A DNA stretch of 64,000 nt from Vicugna vicugna (GCA_013265495.1 MU058584.1:1524616-1588615); one strand, 5' to 3'; shown: positions 12,611 through 25,200, counted from the first letter of the stretch. The notes: generated by a model from the sequence alone, not told the origin. Numbers and translations: made by a program.

Positions 12611-13959
12611 CTCCTTTCCACCAGACCAGCTTTACTTTAAAATTTTTAAATATTGGGACTTGATATAAGATTTTGTTAGGATAGAAAAGAAGTTTTAGCT
12701 AGAAAATCATTGATTTACAATACCCTTCTTCTATGAAAAATAAGAAATTGAGACACAGAAATGTAAAGCAACTTTCTCAAAGACCATCCAAGCAGTGATT
12801 AGCAGAAATATTCTGTTCCATTGAGAGTTCCCTTCATCACAGCACGCTGGAGGGGTGACAGTGCCATTTCAGAGATGTTTCATAAATCCATAGTGCCTAA
12901 AGCTGAGAGGGAACTCAAGAGATTATGATCTTCTTCCAGGCAGACCACTAATTTTAATCTCATGTGGAGATAAAAGCCTTGACACTTAGGTGTTTTATCC
13001 GTATTCATACAAATAATTAGTGACAGAGAGGGTGACCAAGGCTTGGGTTCAGTAGAGGGCTCTGCTTTCTACCCGTACCCTTGACCTTTTCTTGTCTGAC
13101 TCTTCATTGGTCAGTGGCCTCTGACTCTTTTGCTTCCAGTTTCTCTGATCTTTAATTTAGAAACAGAGCTCCGGAAAGCTAACATTTAAGGCTTTCTAAA
13201 AGCAAGATGTGTCCCCTCAAGGAGAGCACTTCTGAGAAAGGTTATATTCTTCCCTGTGCCATTCATGCAGGTAGATTCAGATACGAAACTTTGGTTTGGA
13301 TCCTGGACGTGTGTCAGAGATGTATTTGGTCTCTTAAGAACTCTCTATTGTTAAGTAAGACAAGACCCATGGCCTTTGGAAAAGTCAACTTTAGGAACAA
13401 GATGAGAATAATATCTTTTTTTTTTAATTGGATCATACTTGACCTATATCAAAATTCCATTTGTATTTTGTAAATTCATCTCCATCATCCCACAATTATT
13501 GCTGCCTGTTCACCCCTTTAATAAACTCATATGATAATTTTAACTGGCTGTCTCTAAGCTGTTCTATGCCCTTAAGTGCAATGGCACTGATCTGGACATG
13601 TCAAAAAGTGATAGAGCGGTCAACATAATTTCTTGAGTAATGATGATCGTTTATGTGAGCATATTTACAACAAGCACAGATACGAACTATGTCATTAGAA
13701 GATGTATTTGTTAAGGGAGAAAACTATTCAGGCGTTCCATGCACCCCCTCTCCCTCACGCCTATCCAAGCGATCGTTCCTGGTGCTGGTGAAAGGGGACA
13801 GGGGAGGAGACAGCTACTGCTCTTACTGCTTTTGGTGATGCTACTTGAAAACATCCCTATGGTCAAGAGCGGGACTCTGCTTTGGCAGCAAGACACCAAA
13901 ACCACGATGAGAAGTATAATGTAGTTTATGGTCGTTAGAAATACCTTTCACTTCTGTTG

Positions 13960-14420
13960 CTCTTCACGTAGTTCTAGGTAAAATCAAAGAGAACTTCTGT
14001 TTCTCCAACCTCATTCTTTGCTCACGGTTCCCCTAAACTTCAACCAAACTGGCTTTCTGGCTTTCATCGCCCTCTACTGGGTTGGTCCTGCCTCGGAGCT
14101 ACTTGCTGGAGTTGGTTCCATTTGCAGTTCTCTATTACCAGATCTGCTGCTGCTTACTCATATCTCAGTGCAAATGATACATCCTCCAAAAGACCTTCTC
14201 TGTCCGGTCTAGAACTGTGACTCCTCCTGCTAATATTTTGTTTTATTTTCTTCATAACATTTACCATGATGTGAAGTTACTTTATCTACCTACGCTTTTA
14301 TCTAGCAACTTGTTCATTCTGTGTCTTCTTCTACAAGGTAACCTGGAGGAAAGCAGGAACCTTGCTCTCTGTTGAAGCATCAGCATTTGGAACATTACGT
14401 ACATACTGATCTCGATAGTA
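13960..14420 (+). mobile_element. L2 fragment
   Basis: cttactcatatctcagtgcaaatgatacatcctccaaaagaccttctctg...ttttcttcataacatttacca...gcaggaaccttg. Confidence 0.65.
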
Positions 14421-14759
14421 TGTACTCAGTACCTGTTCCCTGTGTAAGCTGTTTTAAAAAGGAAAAAAAAAACACTTATCACTTTTAATCCTTTTCAAAA
14501 TGTCTGTGGCATAGAAAATTATGTAAGTTAAGCAAAGTCAAGCAGTTAATAAATAGTTGAGTTTAGATTGGAACTCTCACTTTGGACTAACTGGTGCTGT
14601 GTCCATCAAACTATATTGCTATTTAGCAAAACAAAAAAAATTAGTAGCTAAGAGTAGTCATTTTTAACATTTTTACCTTACGTAAAATTGGGCAATTATT
14701 TACCCCTGGTATTGTATCATGAACCTGCATTGCCTATCACCCAACTTCAACAATTATCT

Positions 14760-14875
14760 CTGTACTTTTTAGTTAAGAATGGTATTTAGAAAACAAGATC
14801 GTGAGGCTAGGTGTGCTCATTGTTTTTGGTGTGTCACCATTACCAAGCCCTTCAGTGGACAGTGCTAGGGAATCT
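14760..14875 (-). mobile_element. L1MC4-like 3' fragment
   Basis: aatggtatttagaaaacaagatc...ctaggtgtgctcattg...cttcagtggacagtgctagg. Confidence 0.7.
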
Positions 14876-15065
14876 GAGTAATGGGTTGAATAGTCTCCCC
14901 TCAAAACTCATGTCCACCCAGAACCTAAGACTGTGACTTTTTCAGATACGGTCTTTGCAGATGGAGCTTGTTCAATTCAAATGAGATTATACTGGATTAC
15001 GCTGGTCTCAAATCCAATGACTAGTATCTTTATAAGAGAAGGGAGAGGGAGACACAGAGACACAG
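14876..15065 (+). mobile_element. MaLR LTR (MLT1B/C-like), 5' half
   Basis: atgggttgaatagtctcccctcaaaactcatgtccacccagaacct...ggtctttgcagatg...aaatccaatgactagtatctttataaga. Confidence 0.82.
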
Positions 15066-15619
15066 CTGCAAATATTTTTATATCTACATATTTGACCAGC
15101 CTCCCTCTGTGACCATTGATTTACAGTGAGATACAGCAATTAAAATAGTTGAATTGGCCATTTTCTTTGGAGATCCCCAGCTAGTGAAAGCATTCACCAA
15201 AGGAGACCTAAATAAAGTAGACATCAGTAAGTTATTGGTGATCAAAGTTTGAGACTATTTGGACAATGTTATCCTCAAGGTTATTTTAGTTTCATCAAAC
15301 TGAGTAACTAAATATATCCTTCCTCATTTTAAATATTTCTCTTTACTCATATTAAATCATCTGAGTGAGAACTTTATCTTCCACAGCATTGGAAATACTC
15401 TGATTAGAAGTCTTATTAAAATTCCATTTTTCTAGACTTTCTGCTAACCAGTTGGAGGTAGGATAAATTTATCTAAAGTAGGTTAGAAACACAAAAGAAT
15501 TAGGACACAGCTGGCTTTACATAGTTACATTTCTTTGTTTGTTCTCTTGATTGTATTTGCAGAAGACTCGGGTATCTTTTAAAGAAGGCTTGGCTAACAT
15601 GTTGGCATCACAAGTAAGA

Positions 15620-15870
15620 GAACTGTATAGTGGTTCTGGTTTAGCTTAATATTAAACTTCTTGGTCTCTGAATCCAGGGCACCTGTGATCAAACACTCAC
15701 TCACTACATGGATCTGGAATATCATTTCACTACTTTGTCATTCACTTTCCTCACTCGTAAAATGGGGACTGAAGCTTACCACGTTATAGAGAGAACAAAG
15801 TTAATGCACCGAAGGCATTTAAAATAACACTGACCCACAGTGAGTTCCCAAGGACTCTTAGCTACTCTTA
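15620..15870 (+). mobile_element. MIR SINE
   Basis: MIR core-like cactttcctcactcgtaaaatgggg...gcatttaaaataacactgacccacagtgag. Confidence 0.7.
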
Positions 15871-16329
15871 TTTACAGACCAGTTTTTCTGAATATAATAA
15901 GGTAATTGCAGTGGTTTTATATTCCTCCCAAATCCATCTTTTCATCTTATTTAACACATACATTGTGAGCTCCTAGGTATGTGCCAGGCATGCATTCTAC
16001 ATAAATTCCAGCGTTTCCTTATGCCTGCTGGAAGATGTGACATGAAATGTTGCAGACAGTGGGGCCACAGTATCACGACCAGCCTCAGTGGGCAAGTCTA
16101 CTTCACAACATGCATCTTTCATAAAATCTGAATAATATTCTAAAGTAGAACCACTTCTCAACTTGACAAGGTAGTCTCTTCAGTTGTTGACACCAAGGAA
16201 AAATAAATTGAGAAGGACCAGCAGGAAGGAAGAAGGATGAGATGGTAGTGTGTTTTCAGTAGCAAGGGTACTTTCTCCAACATAGTTTGGTGCCCAGAAG
16301 TACAGGTGAACTTCTGCCTCCTGAGATTT

Positions 16330-17000
16330 TCTTTTCAGAGTATGGAAAAGCACCCCTGAAAAATCTGCCCTGAGGAACCCTTCCCATTGGCCAGCTATCC
16401 TAAACACTTCCCTGCCTCATTGATGAAGTGGTCTGACCCCTCTGACAAGAGTTCCCACAACCATCTCTTCACGCCTTGTTGGTTTAGTTTCGCATGATGG
16501 ATGACATGACACAGTCGGCAGGGCTGTTGGTACCTGCTCTGTAAATGACTCTGGTATCATGCCGCCAAAGGCGAAGTGACCATCTCTCAATTCTGGCTGG
16601 GCACTTTGACTTCAGGTTTTCAAGTATGGAAGCAAGTGATTTATGAGACACACACACAAAAAGCATAAATGGTCTTCCATTCCTTTTGACAAGGATAGAC
16701 TTCCTCTATAAGCCGCAACCCATGCTTTCTTTGCAAGATAATGCTGCCCAGGAAGAAAGAGTGTAGTGTCCCTCCTGCTCCACAAAAGCCAAAAGGTCTT
16801 TGCTCTAGCCACCCTCGTGTGTCTGTAGGCCTGGCTGGTAGAGGGACAACTGGAGTGATTGGATGTGCTATGCTGGTCTAAGCTGAGTCATTCTCATTTA
16901 TCCCAGCTTGTCGGTACTGCAGGTAATAATCTTGTCCCCAAAAGAACTGGTTTTGAGAGTGGCCTGAAACCATGCCGTAATTTAGATATGAAGATAGTGC
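16330..17000 (-). mobile_element. Degenerate Ty3/Gypsy LTR-retrotransposon pol fragment (RNase H plus flanking linkers)
   Basis: Minus-strand translation GRPFMLFVCVSHKSLASILENLKSKCPARIERWSLRLWRHDTRVIYRAGTNSPAD, then after a frameshift VSCHPSCETKPTRREEMVV. This matches the Gypsy RNase H pattern GRxFxLxTDHKPL...PARIERWxLRLQxYDFxVxYRPGxxNPADxLSRHP. Core is 16450-16800. Confidence 0.85.
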
Positions 17001-17164
17001 TAGGAAATCCTGTGTTCAACGGCTTCTGCAGTAAAGATAAGCAGTTTATCCCTAGGTTCCTGATGGGTGGTTAGAGACTGAATGCCCTTGTGGACCATCT
17101 GAGTGACTCTGCTTCACTTGCATGGATGCGTGAACAAGGTGAGGTCCAAATATGAGGTGAGACT

Positions 17165-17303
17165 TGGGGATGTGCCAGGATTGAGGGGTTTCCTGGGACT
17201 TAGCACTTCTAGTCCTAAACTCTAGACAGTCCAAAGGAACACGGTACTTCCAGTATCAGAACCTGGACAGTCCTAGGCAAAGTGGGACAAGTCGACCACA
17301 GTA
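17165..17303. mobile_element. hAT-Blackjack MITE (MER81/MER94-like)
   Basis: tgaggggtttcctgggac...acagtcctaggcaaagtgggacaagtcgacca; internal degenerate duplication. Confidence 0.6.
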
Positions 17304-17870
17304 ATTGGAGATGAGGAGTCAGGAGGACTCTGGGATAAAGTGGAGAGTAGCGTGACTCTGGATTGGAGTAAAGATGTCAATAAATTGTTCTAAATGAATT
17401 GAATTTGAATTAGCAAGCAGCAAGGCTGACCAGACTGACCATGGTACCATAGATCCAGTAGCCTTTATGTGAATCTCGCCTGAAATTGTTCCCTGAGGCT
17501 AGAATGGAACTCCCTCTAGAAAGAGTAAGAGAGTTATTCCCCCAGATTGTATGAGAAGGAACTGTGCCTTATGGGTAAACCCCACAGTATTTAGCCCCAG
17601 GTTGGGTACATTGTAGCCACCAAGTCTATCTTTGGAAATCGTCAAAAGCTTTGATTCTCTTTAAGCCTGTTCTTTATGCTCTGACTCACATATAGAGGTG
17701 GGAGCAGTTTGTGTTTCCCTGAGTGGCATTTTCTTGTGGGAAAAAAAAAACGAAAAGGTAACTTAGATTTTAATAGTCATTCATTACTGTTATTAGTGAA
17801 TGAGAAATGCAAAACCATGTAGGGTTCGAAAAATATTCCAGACAATTTTTCAAACATACAAGGCTTGCAA

Positions 17871-18047
17871 TGATATTATATACACAAGATCTTGTGGTAG
17901 CTCACAGAGAAAAAAATGTGACAATGAATATATGTATGTTCATGTATAACTGAAAAATTGTGCTCTACACTGGAATTTGACACAACATCGTAAAATGATT
18001 ATAAATCAATAAAAAATGTTAAAAAAAAAAAAGCAAAACAAAAACAA
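17871..18047 (+). mobile_element. Young camelid-type L1 3' end with poly-A tail and perfect TSD
   Basis: ggtagctcacagagaaaaaaatgtgacaatg...gtgctctacactggaatttgacacaac...aataaaaaatgtt plus A-tail; exact 19-bp TSD aaacatacaaggcttgcaa at 17852-17870 and 18048-18066. Confidence 0.93.
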
Positions 18048-18559
18048 AAACATACAAGGCTTGCAAAACAAGGCAAATTCCAGAGACTTTTTTTTTTCCA
18101 ATCTCAAGGAAGCTGGCATTCTTTCGAAGGTTATACAATTGATACTTCAGTGATTTATTTAGCCTGGATTCATCTAAATGTGACTTTGTAAGACATGCTA
18201 ACTGCTGGAGAAGCAACTTGAGATTTAAAATAAGCTTTTAAAAGGTCTCCTGGCCTTAAGAGCAGGAAATGACATATCACCGAGAACAAATCTGCTTTAA
18301 CTCCACGAGTTTGCTTTTCATTAAAAAAAAAAAAAAGACGCTAGAGTTGCATAAATGGATTTAAACTTTTAAAATCTCTTCCTTGAGACTTAGACTGAGA
18401 GACTGAGGGGAGTCTTTTCCAATAGTTTTCACAGATCCCTTTGCTTACAATTCAGTAGGAATATCCCCCAAACGGAAATACACAGATTCGAGAGCCAGGC
18501 TCGCTCGTGATCTTTAACTGGTCCTGAAACTAAAATTTCTAAGTGAGTGACCTCATGGA

Positions 18560-18800
18560 AGTACTATGACGCGGTAAGTTAGAGCAAGTCTCTGGGACCC
18601 TGAATTCAAATCCTAGTTTTTGCTACAAACCAGCTTTGTGACTCTGGGCAAGTGACTTCATGCTTTTACTTCGTGTCTCAGTTTACTTGTCTGTAAAATG
18701 AGGACAATAAAAGTACCTTTCTCATAGGATTATTATGCGGAATCAATGAGTGAATGTATGTAAAGCACTTGAAACAGTGCCTGGCCAATGTGTGTCATGG
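18560..18800 (+). mobile_element. MIR SINE, near full length
   Basis: ctgaattcaaatcctag...tgtgactctgggcaagtgactt...tctcagtttacttgtctgtaaaatgagg...taaagcacttgaaacagtgcctggc. Confidence 0.88.
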
Positions 18801-18901
18801 AAGCATCACTTCCTAGGATAGTACAAAAATGCCATATAATATGAAAGAATAAAAATCTTTTGAAGAGCCTAAGCTCTCAAACCACTAAATCAGAATCTCT
18901 A

Positions 18902-19083
18902 AAGTGGTGATTCTCACTCCTGAACGCACATTAAAATCACCTGGGCTATACTTTTAAAATCCACCTGCCCGGGCTTCACACTAGGCAATTTAAATCAGGA
19001 TGTATGCGGTTGGAGCCAAGAAATCTGAATTCTTTAAAACATCTCTGGTGTGTGATTCCAATGCAGAAGGTTGAGAAGAGCTG
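18902..19083. mobile_element. MER5A-like hAT MITE
   Basis: agtggtgattctca...cacattaaaatcacctggg...aattaaatcag-like segment...gtgattccaatgcagaaggttgagaa. Confidence 0.75.
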
Positions 19084-20179
19084 CTCTAAGCCAAAGCTGG
19101 AGAATCATGGCTTTCGAGGGGCTTTGAATGTCATATGCTGAGATGTTTGGGAATGTGTTTAATTGTTTGTTCCTATACATTTTCACGATTCATTCATTAT
19201 TTTGAAGGTGTGAGTAGGACTATGTTATTTTGCCGAAGGCGGTAATTTTCTTGATGCTCGGGTGTCCCTCTGTTGCCATTCACACCCAAGTATCCAACAT
19301 AGGGCCACATAATGGTGATGACAAGGGAGGCAGGGCCAGAAGAATGATTGTCGCATTTTACCAGCTGTCATTAAGATCACAAAAAAATATTTTTCAAACA
19401 AAGAAGGCCAGTCAGGAGTGGTACAACTGTGCTACACGCTACACAGGGCTCCCTCTCCACCAAAGCACGCCATCACAGTTTTTGTTTCCTTGTGAGACTT
19501 TCCTCTTTCCAGTGCCTGTCCTGTTCTCTCTGCTAAGGTCTCCCAGCCAGGTCACTCTGAAGCCTTTCGCAAATGAGGACTCACACAGTCAGCAGTTTGG
19601 TGAATTGTTCCAACACAAGCTTCTCTGGGTAAGAGCTTCTGATGCTACTTAATGTGCCTGTGTGCGCCTCAGCTGGCTGCCAAACTTCAGTTTCTTCATC
19701 CAAAATAGGGATGTGATTACCTTTACCTCACTGACTGTTGTAAAACTCCAATAAGATCATATATGCCAGAGTGTCATATATATATATATATGCACAGATC
19801 CATGCTATTTTTTTTTATCAGACCACTGGACACTCCCACTTACCGCCTTCTAAGTGGTTGAGAACAGAGAAGATGTAATCATTATTTGATGGCGACCGTT
19901 TTCTTACAGAGGAAGCAAATATGCCAGAGGACTTTAGTTTCAATAATCTGGTGACCTGGATAAGGTACATTCTCTATGTAAGTGGTAGAAACTCTGAATA
20001 ATCCAGCACAGTGGTCCTTGGATTATCAAAAGTGTAACATTTCAATAATAAATGCTGAGCACAGAGGAGGCCAGATGTTCCCCATAGTGTGGCTCCTGCT
20101 TAATTTTCCTGCGGAGTTGTCTCAATCAGCTTACAGCTTCTTGTGCAACTGTACACAGTCGCTAGAGGGGGGTGGTGTG

Positions 20180-20252
20180 GAGAGGGACAGACAGACAGAC
20201 AAAGACACAGAGAGAGACAGAGAGACAGAGAGAGAAAGAAAAGGAAGAGAAA
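20180..20252 (+). repeat. (GACA)/(GA) simple repeat
   Basis: gacagacagacagac...agagagacagagagacagagagag. Confidence 0.9.
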
Positions 20253-21079
20253 GCCCCAAAGCAAGAAATCCACACACCAGTCCTGTGGTAACCTAGGAAT
20301 CAAGGCATTCACAGCCAAAAAGCTTTTCTCGTGGAGGGGGTGGTTAATGGATTTATATTGTCTGTGGTTATCTGGATTTCAGATTGACACCATAAATATT
20401 CAAACTCTGAACTCAGCTGGAAGCAGCCGCCACTGACTTTTCTGTGACCTAGCTGGAAACTTTAAATCAGCTGTCTCCTTGACTTTCAAGGGAATGACAT
20501 GCCCCAAATCCATGAGATAGCATCTCCTTAGTGTTTTATTACCTCCAGAAGACCTCAGTTCAGTATGGCCTGGAACTACAGCCTCTCCTTTGAATGCCAA
20601 GTCTGGTTAAGATTGCCAAATCATAAAGTACTCTGTTCTAGGGTAGACACGTCCTAGGCGGTGGGTACAGACAGGTTACTCTATGTTGCACTTGGTGAAC
20701 TTGTATACAGAGCAAACCCTGCAACACGTTACTTGCGGATTGACGCGAATCTGCATCCACTGCTCTCGCTGTTCAGTAGATCGGTTACTTTCCTTCTCAT
20801 TGTCTCATATTTATTTGTCTCTGGGAGATGGATTGATAGGGCTTCTACGCAGGTGTAGGAGACAGTTTCCTCTTGGTGCATTGGGAGCTGCCCAATCCCT
20901 AAGTGCAACAGCTGGCCGAAGTGAGATATTCTTCCAGAAGTGGAGTTTGAATCTCTCTCTGGTTCACTTCAGAGGTGATGCTAGGATGTTGGTGCTAGGA
21001 GGAGAGGAACAGTCCTCGTCCCCCCTCCTGAGTTGCAGAGATGGGGGGAGCCTTCCACTAGCAACAGGCTTCCTTTTGC

Positions 21080-21250
21080 CCCATGACGGATTGTGCTGAA
21101 GGCTTGACAGTGTCAAATCCATCACGAGGATCGGGCCAGCTCCTTCTCTCTGTCAGCGTAACAGATGCGGCGGCAGCCACAATGTCAATAAAGGTTATGT
21201 CCTGCTTCAGAGAAAAAGGGGCCAAAACACCATTTAAGTAATTGCTTGTA
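21080..21250. promoter_or_regulatory. Candidate developmental enhancer (MEIS plus PBX-HOX motif cluster)
   Basis: ttgacagtgtcaa (21104-21116), TGATGGAT on the minus strand (21117-21124), ctgtca (21150-21155), caataaa (21186-21192); non-repeat and CpG-retaining. Confidence 0.4.
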
Positions 21251-21879
21251 GGAAAAAAAAAATCCAGCTATCCTTCTAGGCAGGCAATGGCATTATCGGG
21301 ACGTCTCCATACATGGGCTGCTTCGCCCTTCCTTTCCCGGATGAGTTGAAAGGTATTATCAGAAGAAGATGTGTGGGTCTATTACCGAGAGAAAGGGCAA
21401 GGCATGAACAATTCCACGTTGTGACTTCAGGGGTCCCATCTACTCAGTGTTTGAAAATCCACCGGGAGTCCTTATTCTATAATTTGACCCAGACCATAAT
21501 ATACCCCAGAGGTTATAACACTTCCTTTGGATATTTGCTATAATGGAGGGGAAAGAAGGGGGAAGAGTCATTACGGTGAAATCAGCACAACACTAGACTT
21601 ATCGCGTATTTTAATATTATTAAATTCTGTATTTTACATGCGGCATCCATGTGCATTTAGGGTCTCTGAATAGCCTGAGCAAAAAGTATTCCAGGAGAAA
21701 AGGCTAACACGAGCAGGGAACAGCAAGAAGAACAGCACAGCTGGGGCGAAAACTTAGAGGTGGGGAGTGGCAGGTAACGGACGTGGAAAGGCAGGAAGGA
21801 GCAGACCATAGACCAGCCACTGTAAGACCGGGCTAGGCTGCCTGCCATACCAGAGTTCTCTAGAGATGAGACACTCCTG

Positions 21880-22290
21880 CACAATTGTTAGTAGAAAAGC
21901 CGCAGGATCACATTGCATCTCAGACAAATCACTCTGACCACTGCGTGAAAGAAGGATTAGAGAAGGACAAGAATCGTGGCGAGGAAACCTGTTAAAAGGA
22001 ATGTTGACCTTTGGTAAACGTGGTAAAATGTAATGAGGGTCTGAAGCAGAGCATTGATAGTGAAGATGGAAGGAAATAATATGTAAGGGTTGGAATTAAC
22101 TGGGATGGTGAGTAGTTAGGTCCTGGGGAAGCGAGCTCTGTCACTGATAAAGCCCTCATTGCTCAGTCTGTGTGACTGGGGATACTGTGGGGTCACCAAA
22201 TGGAGATGAAGGATGTCAGAAGAGGGGCAGGTTGGGGAGGGTGAAGGATTAGCTTAGCTCTGAGTGGGTTCAGTTTGAATCTCTGGTGAA
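21880..22290 (-). mobile_element. L2 fragment
   Basis: aaatcactctgaccactgcgtgaaagaaggattagag...ggaaacctgttaaaagg...gaggggcaggttggggagg. Confidence 0.7.
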
Positions 22291-25200
22291 CAAGATCAGC
22301 CCTAACTTCCCAGTCTGCTTCTAAATAGCTGCCTCAGTTGCCTACTGACCATCATTTCTAGACAGAAGGTTCCCTTTCTACAGGAGCGCCACACATTCAG
22401 ACTAAGATGTTACACTCAGTCTCTAGCCCACATTTTGGAAGAGGGTGTGTGCTTGCAATTCATGAGACAGTACATTGCTGTCTATTCCTTTTGAATTCAA
22501 AACCACACTTCTCCCAGGACTACTGCGCTCTGCTGTAGCTTAATGCAGCCTAGAGCAGCAAGATGCTGGGAACAGTCAGAACACTCTGGAAAAGAAGTCC
22601 TTAACCCCAGGTAACTGAAGTCTACAGAAACAGATCTCACTTGTAGATTAGGGAATTGATATTCATATCAAGGCTGAAGACTCTGTTTGTGGAGGAATCC
22701 TAGTGTTAATTCTGTTGGCCATCTAAATTATCTTGGGTATAAAAAGTGAACACCTGTTTACATTAACTAAGGCAAGAGCTGAAGTCTTTGGGCTCCATGA
22801 TCAACTAGCAGAGAGTTCTGGGAGGCAGCTGGGCCTCGGGGATGAGGGGGCTGGGTTGTGAACCCCATTAGCTTCTCCCTCTTGCTATCTCTCTCTCATT
22901 TCTGTTTCTCGGCGTGTCCCTACCTCCTTCTCTTAGATGGGCTTTCTCCAAGAGCTGGAGACGTTGTCCACTGGTAGATCCCAGGCTTTCATTTAGAGTC
23001 CTTCCATTCTGGAAGGATGGTTTCTCTTCCATAGGTTCAGTTTGCAGAACCCGGAGGCTTGGTGGGTAGAGTGTTAATGATTGACTACCTTTAGTAGAAT
23101 CACACATTTGAAGAGTAGATAAACAATATTTTCTCATCGAAAAGGGGTGCTGGTCTCAGAAGAAAGGAGATACACCTACTAGGTAAAGCAATGCAATATA
23201 CGAGTGCTATGCTGCAGTTATAAAAATTATGCAAACTTTGTGCATGCCAAGCCATCGCAAAGTTTTACATAAGGACATGAGAATTTATTATGCAAGCACG
23301 GAGCTAAGTCTCACTCTGAGACTATGAGGGTGGGCAGGAACCATTACTGAACTCCCTACTCTGATTCATGACTCACTCCCCTGCATTCCTAGAGCATCAA
23401 ATGTGTGCATCTGGTAAACCACTTAATACGTTGCCTTGTAATTATTATTTATGTGCCTGTCTTCATCTCCAGACTGTGAGCTCCTTAAGATCAGCGACTA
23501 TCTTCATCACTTTTGAATGCCCAGTTCCTGGCACAAAGTTTGGCACAATGTTGTTCCTCTTCCTGCTGGAGAAGAAAAACAAATAAACAACAACAATGAC
23601 AAGAAAACAAAAACAAAAACAAAACACAACTACTTCTTAATTTGAAACTCTGTGCCCAAATCACAGAAGCAGCAAGGCTTTTAAACAGCTATGGGGTGGT
23701 GGGGGGGTGCTGTACATTGCATGGCAGACAACTATTGTTACTGGAAAGCAAGATTCCTCTTGAAACTGACAGCACTCTTCCCATAGCAACCTGCAAGAGA
23801 TGTTTGCTGATTGTTTGGAAAAAAATGGAATATGGGAAAGGGCGGTAAGTGGTAGTGTTATATTTTTCATACATTAATAATAATATTGATATAAGCAAAG
23901 ATGATGTTAATAAATTATCAGCTACACAGTATTGTGTTTGGAATTGTATATTGGTACCAGGAGGAGTTAAAGAACTGGCACTCTTCTTTATTTCCCCTAA
24001 AAAGCATGAAATTGTGGATCTGTTGACCAGTTTTCGGGGGTGCGGCTGGTGAGTATAGAACATTAACAAACTTATTACATTGGGGGTCAAATATACGACT
24101 TTTTCTCACCAGTAATGTCCCATAATCAACACAGCTAATCAGCCCCTGAAGCCTTAAAGAAACTGCTAAACTCCATCAATCTTGCTTGACTTTTAACTAT
24201 TCTTTGACACTACTGGTTCTTGCATATCTACACTGAGAGAAGAGGGCTTTGGCGGAACGGCGGGGTCTCTTCTGGGGCATTGGCAATACCTTGGTCCTGT
24301 TGTAGGGCTCGTACGCCTCTTTCCTTCTACCTGCCAAGCATTAGACGCTAGCAAATTAATTTGAATTGATCAATGGATTGGCTTCCACCCCACCAAGGAG
24401 CTTGTCATATGCAAGAACAACATTTAGGAATGAAAAATCTAACCATATGCAGATTCCTAGTTTTGTTCCCAAAATAACTCCTGGTGTCGTTGGCTCCTTT
24501 TCCTCATCTAGTTACCATCTGGGGTTTGTGTATGTCTGTGCACGCTCACAGACAATAATACCGCCTCCCCACAATCTGCCAGGCACAGACCCTCTCCATC
24601 GACCTCTCCCACGCGTATGTACTCACTGAACCAGGGATGTGGAAAGGATTTCAGATAGAATGAAGAAGCCGTGCCTACCTTCCTGCCCAAGATTTCACAT
24701 GCACTTTATGCTTGCCTAAAAAAATTAAAAAAAAAAAAGTTGATCTATAAGCAGAGGCCGAGGAGGCTGGTAGAAATAGGAGCTAATTTGGAAAGATCTA
24801 GGGTGTATGTGGCTCCTTGGTGCTTGAGCAAGTGTATGGAAGTACTTAAGTGCTTGGGGGCCGTGGACATTTTGGTATAAACTGAACAACTAACTCGAAC
24901 CATGGCCTGTTTCCTTTGTACTTCAGAAACGTATTTATTTCACATTTCTTTGGTTTAGAAATGACCAGGGCATTGAACTAATTAAAAAAAATAATTTAGT
25001 ATGTAGGAATAAATCCTACCCAAGCTGAGACCTTGTCAGCCAATTCCAACCTGGACTGCAACCTTAGAACAGCATAGTAAATCTCTTATAATAGGGGCTT
25101 CCAGTTCCAGTATATCACGGAGTGCTTTGCATACTTGTCAGGAAGCACAATTCACCTCACCAACTGCCCTCACAAACTTCCTGACACACGAGGGGCTCAG

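Noticed and set aside
16484..16666. Gypsy-like ORF as a domesticated protein-coding gene
   Set aside because: Frameshifts on both sides, a (TG)n expansion at the TDH motif and no convincing splice sites; treated as a fossil.
20145..20175. CTCF-like tcgctagagggggg
   Set aside because: Lacks the conserved GGC end and the leading CC; weak match.
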